From Elsinoe ampelina (Eukaryota), in the NCBI GenBank assembly GCA_010093995.1, contig ML992510.1, forward strand, positions 323,504 through 387,503: a stretch of 64,000 bases of DNA, given 5' to 3'. The notes beneath the pieces were generated by a model that saw nothing but the letters and a program-made list of their open reading frames with translations, had not been told where the DNA came from and made no database searches. Made by a program: the position numbers and the translations under genes. Shown here piece by piece: positions 25,435 to 37,100 of the stretch. Position 1 is the stretch's first letter. Every line of letters begins with the position of its first letter.

Positions 25435-25741
25435 TACCCAACTTGCATGGCGGAGTCACTAGGCGTGGGGAAGAGGCAAAGATATGAGATCTGATATAGA
25501 TATGACATCTAAAGTGTATATATAGAAGCTGTGGGTCTTGGTCCTCCTCTTTTCGTGCAAGGAAAGTCGTCCAGTGAGCTTGCGATCATGGTTCCGGTCA
25601 TTCGTGATGTCTATTATATAGGAGAGCTTTTCGTGCGTGGCGTTGTGCGTATCTGACATTCAGATCATCGAGTCAAAAGAAAAGGCTGATTGGGTATAAT
25701 AAATGTGCAAGAACGGAGTAGTCGTGGCGATGAGGCTGATT

Positions 25742-28341
25742 TCAACCTCTTGATGCGAGTACAGCAAGGGCAATCTGTAACGTATCAGTGTGTTTCTCAC
25801 TTCATAATTCGGGTGATTACTCACAATTGCGCCCAGAATCCCTACCCCGACAACTGACATGATTCTATTCAAGTTCCTCCACCAATTCGCCTTGAGGTAC
25901 CGCCTCTCATCCTCCCACGTCCACTGCTGCTCGATCTCCGCCTGGGGGCCACCGCTCTTCTCCTGTCCCTCCATCTCCCCGATTCCAGAGTCCTCAATGT
26001 CCCATTCTGCTTGATTCGCATCCCGCCAGCCACACTTGGGGAGTGGCAAGAAAGCAGCCAGCATCCAGAGAGGTGGCATGAGGAAGCCGAGGCAGAAGCA
26101 AACGATTTGCCTGTTGCCAGGACCAAGGATCTCCTTTGGGAAGGGCTCATCGATGCTAGGGACGCGCCAGGCAGTGAGAGACCGGGCAAGGCGGGCGTTG
26201 GGAATCAGGGTAGGGAAGGAGGCGTAGGTGGGAAGACCTGCGAGGGGACTGCTTCGGGTCTGAGGTTGACCGTGGTTGTTGACTGAGGGACGACCGGATG
26301 ATTTGCGAGCTTGCTTGCCTTTGGGCGGGTTCTGGCGGAGTGGGTGTTTCAGAGAGGAGCGGATGGATGAGCGGATGCTATGCTTCTTGGGTGCAGGCGC
26401 AGATAGAGCTGGCACAGGGGCGATCTCGGGCTCGGAGAAGATGGACATGCTGTCGCGGGTATTGTTGGGGGCATCAGTGAATGAGCGAGGACGACGGAAA
26501 ACACTATTCGCACGAGACCGCGGAGATTCGGTGCCGACGGTCTCCCAATTTGAATGCGTTGAATCAGGGCGAGTATTGAAAGTGAAGACTGTAGAATGGC
26601 GAGAGTGAGTGAAATTCGTGGAAGGACGTCTGAGATCGAGGCTGCGTGTAGCTGCGTCGATCGATGCATAAGGAGGCCCGGCCAAGGTGTACCGGTGAGT
26701 GTTAACGTTGCCGTCGTACTGTGGTCCGGCAAGCGTCTGAAGTGAAGGCTTAGCAGAAAGAAGTTGACCCTTTCCTGCGTAAAAGAACTTTGCCCATTGA
26801 GGAAAGATGATGCTGCCAGTGGACCAGCGTTCACTCTCGACGGCAGAGTGAGTTGTGTGGTTGGATTGACGGGAGGCAGGTCGCAGCTCAGTTTGAGATC
26901 GCTTCCGGACAAAGTATCCAGATCGCTTCTCGCGGAGGACAGGTGCTTGAAGCTCACCAATTGTATCCTCCATCTCAGACATGTGCTGTCCGCTGCTCAT
27001 TCTGTTGCTGAATGGCTTTTGGGGAATTGGTGCGCTTGAGCTGAAGAGGGGTTCAGGTACAGCACCATCGCTGTGCAGATTCGACCCTGAAGACATGGTA
27101 TCATATGAGCTTGAAGGCTTGACCAAATGATTAATTTTCGGTGAAGCAATAGATTCGCTGTAAGCACTGGAAGTGACCGTCTTCCTCCGACGCGGCCACG
27201 AACCTCCAGCTTGCGGGAATTGCTGCTGGCTTGCACGTGTCGAATCTGGTATCTCGGTCTCTGACGCAATTGTTGACAGGTGCGAGGCTCCAAGTCTCGA
27301 AAGTGAAGGATGGCTGTTTAGTGATGCTGAGTGCATATGCGCACGCTTGCGAGGAATGTGGAGGGGAGCAACTTCTGCATCTCCCACAGAGTCGGAAGAC
27401 CAAAGACTGTTATTGGACTTCGAATGGTACGGTGCTGGTCTTACTGACGCAAATTGTGGTTGTATGCTGTCGCTTGAACTCATGTAGCGGATAATGTGCG
27501 GTGTCCCTCGCTCTTGTGAAGACCCTGACCTTGCCGACTCTGCCATTGACTCGTTGGAGGCTTTCGTAGTCGGCTCTCCGTAAATTTCCAGCTCATTCTC
27601 GTTTTCCGAAATCGGTGAGACGCAGAATCCAAGACCAGAGCTGCTCGACCGGGGACGAGCTCGTCGGGGTGTCGTCTCGGAAGACAGCTCCTCGAATGCT
27701 GCGCTGCTGTACACGGAAGAGGAGTGAGCCATGTGACGCGGCCGGCTGGCTACTGACGAGGGCAGCTCGGGGATATCTGGCATGTCGCTTGTCTGCATCT
27801 CAGCAGGATCCGAGCTCATCTCCTCGAGAGGCTCCAGGTGATCGCCCTGGCCCTCCACTGTGTAGACCGGTCCAGCCTTGACTACTGACTCAACAGAGAA
27901 CCTCCGGCTTGTTGGGGAGAAGAGCGAATCTGCTACCAAGGTATCTGCCATGGAGGTAGTGGTCGATATCGACATCCGATTCGGCCGCCGTTGTGTCCTC
28001 GAAGCAGCACCATCTCTTCCTTCTCTTGAAGAGGGCCGCGAGTTCGTGGCTGGCAAATCAATGTAGATGGGATCCTTGGCCTTGCGCCTGTTCTCGTTCG
28101 CAGGCTCGAGCACATGAGATGGCTTGCTCGGGAAGGGACTCTTTGTGTATATGCTCGACGAATCGTTGTCCGAGTCGACCAGTCGTATGGTGGGCTTGGG
28201 CTTTCCGTTGTTCGTCTTGTTGAGGTCCGATAATGATCGTTCATGGAGTGGCTGCTTGCGCTGCTGTGCTGGCTTTACATTCAGGTCTCTCACACTCTCT
28301 GGTGTGAGTTCCGGGGCTCTTGCTCCGAAAAAGGCCGACAT
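25742..28341 (-). CDS. Ser-rich, largely low-complexity protein with two C-terminal hydrophobic (putative TM) segments; exons 28341-25825 and 25774-25742 (849 aa)
   Basis: Long intact ORF. C-terminal hydrophobic blocks are RQIVCFCLGFLMPPLWMLAAFLPLP and WWRNLNRIMSVVGVGILGAI. A 50-nt phase-0 intron at 25824-25775 (gtgagt..ctgat..cag) completes the second helix as IALAVLASRG*. Function not recognised. Confidence 0.85.
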
Positions 28342-29445
28342 GCTGTAGTCGTACAGGTCGTCGTGATATTAATGATATAGTCGTAACAAACAAAACGTAT
28401 ACAAAGGAGTGGCTGGCCTGGGTAGGCTGATTAAGAATAGTGGTCGACTAAATCCAAGACATTACAGGAAACCGACGCGACAGGTGTCGTGGAAGCAGAG
28501 AAGAGAAAAGTGGTACCCAGGGACGGTCCGTGAGGGCGAAGAGCAGGTTCTTAGGGTCGGGTTGAATGGTAGAGGCGGGCCAGGTAAGATAAAAGGCGCG
28601 ACACTGTGGCTTATCGATAATGGGTAAAAACGCGGGTCCCCCAGAGTTGGTGTAGATTGGTATGCAGGTCCAATATTAGGCGAGTTGATTAGCTTTAGAT
28701 TAGTGGCGGTCAATGAACGAGTGACTGGTCGAACATGCAGACAGGCAAAGAAAGAGAAACAGAAGCTGAAGCAAGAAGGAGAAGGTCGGCGGTAGATGAA
28801 TCACAACCTACTACTGTCTATTCAGGAGCTCTGGCAGTTGAGGGAACTGGAGCTTGAGTTGGATATGCCATTACCGGCGAAGATCTGGCGGGTGAGGTGG
28901 GAAATTGAAGCCCACCGACGTGGGCGGTCTGGCTGCCGAGACGGATAGGTACTTCGAATGGCACGGTCCAGTGTCCATCGATTGGAAAAGACGTGTCGTG
29001 GATGATGGTGCCAGCAAAGCAAACGAATCAGTGTACAGGGGGCGCGTCGTGAAACAATTTGCGGTGGGCTCCGGCCAGAGAAGCCGTAATTAGCACTCAC
29101 GAAAATACCGGGAGCTTGGCCGCTTGTGGTTAAAAGACTCCGGGCCTTCCCGTCGCCGGTAGCATGAAAACGTCCGTCATCAAACACTGCCACAGTCCGC
29201 AAGTCACAGGCCTCACTGCAGCATTCCTTGAGCCCGGGAGAGAAGGCCATTGTGTGTCTCTTGACAGCAGAACCCCTTGCCAGCCGTTGCATCTTCTTCA
29301 CAATCTCCACGCTCATTCATGACTTTCGAGATATGACTTCCGCGGTTTCCGAAAAGGGAAAGCGACAATACAACCAAACATACACGACTTTATGCCTTGG
29401 ACTTGGAGTAGAATCGTGTCACGAGCACTTATAATACGCAACAGG

Positions 29446-30679
29446 ATGAGGACGAGACTACAGAAAACGCCGTGTAAGCTGACACTCGTTGATATCACAC
29501 GCGACTACCGCTGATCTTGTCCAGTACACGGCTACCCGCCTATCACTCACGAGCGAGCCGTGTTAATCGCTGTTGGTATCCCCCTCAAACCTTGACAGTC
29601 TTGGCCACCTCCCTGACCGTTCGGAATTGACAGATTGCGTTCGCTCTCGCCTATGTCGCTCCATTCTACCTGTCCAAATCGCTCCGGATTAGCGAAAAGG
29701 TCAGCCGGAACAGTCCGGAATCGATACGTGCCCGATGCTATGCCGTCCTTCTCACGTGTTGCCTTTGCACCGCTGTAGCGATCAATGTGCAAGGGGTTCG
29801 TGGGATCGTCACGCCGGTCGAGCTGCTTCAGCGGGCGGGCGTTTATCCGATTATCTTGACAGACGTTGTCAAGACCATGTGCCTGGTTGCGGTTCTGTTT
29901 GCTGCGCCCCTCTATGAAGCTGGACTTGTAGAGGGAGGTTGGCGTCAATGGTTCCGGTGGCATGTAATCAGGTCGGAGCTCTACGATGACTGGGTGGGCT
30001 GGCGGAACTTTGTCGTCGGTCCTGTCAGCGAAGAGGTCATGTTCAGGTCGTTGAATGTCTCGCTGCTCATGTGTGCTTGGGTGAGTGCCAACCATGGATG
30101 ATTTTCAGGGCGGGCTGACTCTTATCTTAGACACCCGCGAAAAGGATTGTATGGGAGGCACCTCTTTTGTTTGGGGTTGCTCATCTGCATCATCTCAACG
30201 AGTTCATCATCACACACAAGCGTCCTGGCCAATCATACTTGTCCGCATTGATCACACCTCAAATCATCATCCCTGGCATCATCAGAACCTTGTTCCAGCT
30301 AGCGTTCACCACACTTTTTGGCATCTTTGTAACATTTGTACTACTACGGACTGGTAATATCTACAGCTGCATCCTGGCGCATACATTTTGCAATTGGATG
30401 GGATTGCCCCGGGTATGGGGTCGCCTCGGTCAAGATATCGAGCAGACAGGGGCTCACGCCCATCATGAGAAACGACATCAAGGTCAGGAATTGGATGACC
30501 TGGACCCATCCGGGTCTCAAAGCGGTGGTCCAGCATCTTCGGGCAGCGCGGGCACACAAAACGCATTGGGCATTCAGTGGACGGTTGTGTATTATTTGCT
30601 ACTCGCGGCAGGAGTCGTTGGGTTTTGGAAGCTGCTCTATCCCTTGACAGAGAGCGACAACAAGCTAGTCTCACTTTAG
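29446..30679 (+). CDS. RCE1: CAAX prenyl protease 2 (Rce1/Abi family); exons 29446-29473, 29525-29571, 29634-30080, 30131-30679 (356 aa)
   Basis: Catalytic motifs are RNFVVGPVSEEVMFR, FGVAHLHH and HTFCNWMG, with N-terminal YVAPFYLS..SR....IRAR. Introns at 29474-29524 (gtaagc..ctgat..cag), 29572-29633 (gttggt..ctgac..cag) and 30081-30130 (gtgagt..ctgac..tag) give one open frame. The first two exons are less certain. Confidence 0.92.
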
Positions 30680-31167
30680 AACCAACGCAAGTCGCTATAC
30701 AAGACTACCGAGCCTTCTCTGGCCACGACCATATCATGGACATGTTCGTTCACTCAGTGGCAATATGATTATCTACCAGTCTTGCGAAAGCATGTGCGTG
30801 GGCCCGGCAATTCGTGAAACGCTGAAGCCGTCACGTGACCAGAGACAGCTGTTGACTTGTGTGGGGAGGAAAAAGGATTGATTACTGCCTGAACCACCAA
30901 AATGAGGTAGACTGTAACTACATAAATACTTAACCTAGTATACTAAACAATAGCTAAATCAAAAGAACTCCTTAATAGTAATAGATTAAGATAATAACTA
31001 TCTAATTTAATTATAAATTAGTAGAGTAGTAGATAAGTATTTAGTTCTACTAGGGAATAAACTAAATTAGGGTCCTTCTTAGTACTCTAGCTTATACCTT
31101 AGTTAATACACCCCTTTACTAAATAGCTATAAGGCTATTATAGCTAGTTAGTAGACTACTAACTTAA

Positions 31168-31701
31168 NNNNNNNNNNNNNNNNNNNNNNNNNNNNNNNNN
31201 NNNNNNNNNNNNNNNNNNNNNNNNNNNNNNNNNNNNNNNNNNNNNNNNNNNNNNNNNNNNNNNNNNNNNNNNNNNNNNNNNNNNNNNNNNNNNNNNNNNN
31301 NNNNNNNNNNNNNNNNNNNNNNNNNNNNNNNNNNNNNNNNNNNNNNNNNNNNNNNNNNNNNNNNNNNNNNNNNNNNNNNNNNNNNNNNNNNNNNNNNNNN
31401 NNNNNNNNNNNNNNNNNNNNNNNNNNNNNNNNNNNNNNNNNNNNNNNNNNNNNNNNNNNNNNNNNNNNNNNNNNNNNNNNNNNNNNNNNNNNNNNNNNNN
31501 NNNNNNNNNNNNNNNNNNNNNNNNNNNNNNNNNNNNNNNNNNNNNNNNNNNNNNNNNNNNNNNNNNNNNNNNNNNNNNNNNNNNNNNNNNNNNNNNNNNN
31601 NNNNNNNNNNNNNNNNNNNNNNNNNNNNNNNNNNNNNNNNNNNNNNNNNNNNNNNNNNNNNNNNNNNNNNNNNNNNNNNNNNNNNNNNNNNNNNNNNNNN
31701 N
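31168..31701. other. Assembly gap (534 N)
   Basis: Run of N inside Copia-2. Confidence 1.
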
Positions 31702-33100
31702 NCTTAGCCTTTATAAGGCTAAAGTATCTTAATTAGGAGTAGTATTAATATTAGCCTTATTAGCTCTATAATAAACTTACTATATATCTACTATATATAC
31801 TAGGCTTAACTAAGCTATAGCTTCTTAGTTACTTTATCCCTTATAACTTAGATAGCTAGAAACTAGCTTAGATCTCTAAGTACCTTTATCTTATATTTAG
31901 TATAGAGAGCTATAATAATAAAATTAGCCTTCTCCTTATACTTCTTAAGATATATAATAGTAATATTATCTATAAAGAAGAAGATTATTACTTTAGAGGT
32001 TAGCTAGAGGTAAGAAGCCTTAGGAGCCTAAGTAAAACTAATACTCTTTAGAGTAGTAGTAAATTTAGTATACTAGAGAGCTAAAGCTTATTTAAGACTA
32101 TATAAGGCTTTATTAAGTAAGAGAATTATATCTAATAGAGTAATACTAGAGTAGTCCTTTATAAGCTTCTTTATAACTAACTTAAATCTAGAAGGAATAG
32201 TATAGTAAGTAGTTTTATTAATAGAGCTATTAATATAAGTATTAATAATATTTATCTAGATAGCCTTTATATCTTTATAAGTAAGTAGAGCTATAAGTAT
32301 TCTAAAGATCTTAGCTACTAGAGTTACTATATAAGTCTCTAATTCTATTAATTAGAGATTATCTCTTATATAGATTTTTACTTTATACTTTATAACCTCT
32401 TCTTTATTATTAACTTTATAGGTAAATACCTATATTAAAGAGATAGGCTTACCTATTACTTTAGTAGCTAGTATAATAGTCTATATATATTTTAAGTATA
32501 AAGTAAGTAATTTAGCCTTTATAGCTTCTTAAAATTGCTTTCTATAAGGGTAAGCTTTAAGCTCTTTAATATTAGCTAGTAGTAGAGGAAGATTATCCCT
32601 TAATTCTAGCTTAGGCTATATTAGCTTTATTAATAGATAAGTATTAAAGGCTTAGTAATATCTAAGAGTCTTATTAGTTTATATAAGGGTAGTAATATAT
32701 ATTTACCTTCTTAGCTTCCTTATTCTCTTTATAGTAAAGATATACTTAGGAAGAAGGTTAGCTAACCTAGTAGTAATTCTTTAAGGAGGTTACTTAGATT
32801 AGGCTTTAACTACCTCTTTAGTTTAAACTTCCTTCTTATTCCTCTTAGCTTTAACTCCTTCTATTAGTAGAGGAGATAGCTATATTACTATTAATAAAGG
32901 TAAGGCTAGAGTATTAAAAAACTAGTCTACTAAGGTACTATCCTTAATCTAAGCTAGGCTTAGATCTAGGGATAGTAGATTTAGTGCTAATTATACTAGT
33001 AAATAAGAATTATAAGGCTTATAAACTAGTAACTAAGATAGGCTTAGCCCTTAAGCTAGATCCTCGGCTAGAGTCTTAGTCTACATTAGAGACTAAGATA

Positions 33101-33340
33101 GACTCTAAACTAGATTCTAAACTAGATATTAAACTAGACTCTAAACTAGATACTAAACTAGATATTAAACTAGACTCTAAACTAGATTCTAAACTAGATA
33201 TTAAACTAGACTCTAAACTAGATACTAAACTAGATATTAAACTAGACTCTAAACTAGATACTAAACTAGATTCTAAACTAGATACTAAACTAGATTCTAA
33301 ACTAGATTCTAAACTAGATACTAAACTAGATTCTAAACTA
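33101..33340. repeat. 12-bp minisatellite, 20 units (gaNNNtaaacta) with 36/72-bp higher-order pattern
   Basis: Units are gactct/gattct/gatatt/gatact + aaacta. The first 12 units form two identical 72-bp blocks. Confidence 0.97.
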
Positions 33341-34147
33341 GATTTAGTTTAGTTGTTCTCTCTACTTTATATACCCCTTTAGATTTATTAACCTTCTATA
33401 GGAGCCTATAAGAACTAACGTAGTAAGTACGCTATACTAGCTTACCCCGGAGATACTATTCTCTATAGGAGAATAAAACACTCCTCGCCTATAGAATAGA
33501 TAGAGTAGAGATTAGTCTTATAATAATTAAGGGTATACTAGTATAACACCTATTCTACTTCTATATACTTGTCTTTCTAGCTCTAATATTCTACCTTTGT
33601 TATAATTCTAATCTCTCTTATATTCTATTAGATAGAGCTATATAGATAAGATAGTACACTATACTTAGCGCTAGCGAAACGACTAACTACTACTAGAGTA
33701 GTACTAGTATAGATAACTCTCTAATAGCTTAGCTATTAGCGAGACATTTACTAAATTAGCTATAACCCTAGAGATAACTCCTATTAAAGATTACTAGGCC
33801 GGGGAAGGCCTAGCGCTAAGACTATACTACGCTAATATAGCTTCTATAGGAAGTATAGCCGATATAGGAAATAATACTATATATAAAGCGCTTCTTACTT
33901 ATATTGCTTAGCTCGAGAATATACTTAGTAGTTACTCCCTAGTTATAGCGCTAGTACTATATAGTTGTTTTAATATATAACTTAACGACATTTACCTAAT
34001 AAACCTATAAATTATAAGAGAGTATATACTAAACTTATACTACCTCGAGGCCTTAGAGTCTACTATTATAGTAAGAGTTAAGGAATTTATATATATATAT
34101 AATAACGTCTTTAAGATAGTACCGAATATCTACTTTAAAGAAGTTAC

Positions 34148-37100
34148 TATAAGAGTAGGTATATAGTAACGTATAGAACTACTAATATCTATAAGCTAGA
34201 TAGATAGATAAACTAATAGCTGCCTTTGTTCGTAGTAGCTAAAGGCTATACGAAAGACAGCTAGAGAGAGTTTGTTACGTAATAGACTTAGCTAGAGCTA
34301 TATACTAAGTCTCCTTTACAATTATCTCCCCTCTATATTTAATCGCTCTCGATTAAACTACATTCTTCGTAGGCCTCTAATTACTATTATTAGTCTCTTC
34401 TATAAGGGTAGGTTAGTATTTCTTATATAGGGGAAGAACTTAGCTTCTTTATTTACTCTCTATATCTATTATGTCTTTATTTGCTAACGACACTAATATA
34501 TTAAGGTAAACGTAGCTCTCCTCTAATAGCTATTCTTTTATATTATAAGCTAAAGCATTTGTTACTTTAAGAAACAACTAGTGCTTTAGTAAATGTATAG
34601 GATTAGTTCGTTTACTACGTAGAACTCTCTTAAAGGTTCTAAGTAAGTATTATATATCGATACTTTATAATGTTAATCCTTAGATAATACTACTACCTCC
34701 TAGGAGATAGCGACGCGTATAGATCTACCTTCTATGTTTATTGTGTTATATAGTAACTAGAACGCGCCTATATAGACACCTCTTATGCTCTAACACGTTA
34801 GTCCTTTCTATATATAGCTTCTTAAACACCTTAGTAAGCACTATAGCTCCTAGAGCTTCTCGGGCGCTACTACTATATATTACCTCTTACTACTACTATA
34901 GTAACTACGTTAGGGATATAATTAGTAAGTCTCTAGTACCTCGCTAGTAGTCCTTTAGAGGCGCTACTAATATTCGCTAGATACCCCTTATAACTATAAC
35001 CTAGAGGTTACTAAGACTTATGCTTACTATAAGTACGCGAAGGTTACTTACTATAACATTAACAACGCTATTCTACTAGACTACGTTAATAACGCCTATA
35101 GCGCTATCTAGTACTATAACTATGTCTCCTAGAACTCCGCTAACCTCGTATCTATTAAGAAGTATAACCGCTACACTAATAAGTATATTAAGGCTATAAA
35201 CCTTATTAAGGAACGTAAGTAGACTAAGGGTATATAGGACACTTACGCTAGTACTAATATTACCTCCCTCTAGGGAGAGAATATAAAGCGTATTAAGGTT
35301 ACTAAAATATATAGCCTACGCTTTACTATTAAGAATATTACTACTATTCTCTATGCTATAGGTATTAACCTTATCGAGAGTGTTCTTTGCTGCTAACTTA
35401 CCTATAGCACTACTCTAGTAAGGACCTTCTAGTAGCTCTAACCCTCTTCCGCGTAGATATCTATAGAAAGAAGTATAAGGCCGAGAAGGCCGCTAGGTCT
35501 CTAGAGCCTAAGAAGCCTATTAAGCCTACTACTCCTAAGAAGCCTAAGGCTAGGAAACTTACTACCCTAGCTAAGAAACCTACTATATTCTCTAGTAAGA
35601 GCACCTAGGCTACTATACTAGCTACCTCTATTTGCTGCTCTTTCTACTTAAACTATAATACTAACATAGCTAACGCCGATACTAATAGCAATAATAAGAG
35701 CTTTATATCTCCTAGCGGTACTATTAGGCGTAATTTGCCTATAAGCGCCTAAGCCTACGAAGCTTCCGTTAGTAATTTAGTTAGCTCTTACGCTAGTTCC
35801 GTAGTTAACTACTTTACTCTTAAGACTTGCTCCCTTACGTCCTTTAGTAGCAATAAGGCTCGTTAGCGTTACGTCGATCTACTAGCTAAGTCTCTTAAGC
35901 TTCCTAAGGGTAGTAACGCTTATTAGGCTATAGCTAACTACTACTATGCTATTAGGCACTTTCTCGTTACTATTCTCTCTATAGATAATCTTCGCGCCTT
36001 TACTATTAGTACCTACGAGATGCTTAACTTTAGTAATAGAACTATAGAGGATCTAGTAGCTTATAAGACTAACCTATAGCTAAGGTCTAGAGTAGAGGAC
36101 CCTATTATTGCTACCTACTAGAATATATATAAGAATACTCTCTACGCTACTAAGTAGAGTAGCACTAAGTAAGACTAGGTAGTTAGTGCTCTAAGCGTAG
36201 AGTTAGAGAGTTATAGTAGATAGATTCTTAGAATATATAGTTTATACTACTTATGTTTACCTCCGTACTCTCTTTATAACTCTTCTATTAGCCTTCTAGC
36301 TAACGTTTGCCTAGTACTTAGTTACTACCTCTAAGGTATTCTCTAATATCTCTTCTAGTTCCTAGGTTGCCTCTACTAGGGTATAGCCTTTCTAGAGCAC
36401 CTTTAGGAACGTATCTTCTTTCTGCCGACTATACTCTAAGATCTGCTCTACTTTATATTCTATACTATCGTCTACCTTAACTAGCCTAGGATTTATCTCG
36501 GCACCTCTATAGGAGTTATATAGCTTAAGTAAAGAGATGTAAAATATATTATAGATGTAGGACTCCTCTAGTAACTACAACTAGTACGCCTAGACTCCTA
36601 CGGAATCTAGTACCTTAAATAGTCTAAAGTACTTCGGCGCTAGCTTATGTTTTACTACCTTTAGCCTTAGGTTCTTAGTAGATAGAAGAACTCTATCTCC
36701 TATATTAAAGGATATTAGCTTACGCTACTTATTATAGAAGTCCTTCTACTACTTCTAAGCTTACTTCTAGCGCTTCTATAAGCCCTACCTTATCGAGACT
36801 AGGGTAGCTATATAATCTTACGTAGCTAGTACTCCCTTCTAAGGGAAACGCTCTTAGTCCCTATTTAGATCTCCCTTAGTATTCTTACTAGTGTATATCT
36901 TAAATAGGGACATTTATAATATCTCGTTCTAGGAGATATTTACTACGTAAGCTACTATCTTTAACTAGTAAGACTAATCCGATTAGTCCTATGCTCTATA
37001 ATAGCGTAGATACTAGATTAGAGATCTATTTTGTCGTTCTATTTGTCTATCTATTTAAGGGTAAAAAGCAGTTAATAAACGCCTTATAAATTATAATTCG

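Larger units (their letters stand above)
30913..33406 (-). mobile_element. Ty1/Copia element 2 (3' part: probable LTR, RNase H/RT, spacer), interrupted at 33406 by Gypsy B'
   Basis: Minus-strand de-RIP gives ETYAATLAAKIFR (~32300-32340), QMDIINAY (~32250) and LLNKALYGLKQ (~32100). A probable 3' LTR spans ~30913-31108 (tgtaacta...tagttaata), with a minus-strand PPT aaaggggtg at ~31109-31117. Confidence 0.8.

Noticed and set aside
25869..29498. Many 60-200-aa ORFs overlapping the Ser-rich gene and the divergent intergenic region
   Set aside because: Alternative-frame or antisense ORFs without recognisable features or splice support.
29547..30674. Minus-strand 182-aa and 122-aa ORFs
   Set aside because: Antisense shadows of RCE1 exons.
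33101..33340. CRISPR-like array
   Set aside because: Contiguous 12-bp units with no unique spacers, in a eukaryotic retrotransposon context.
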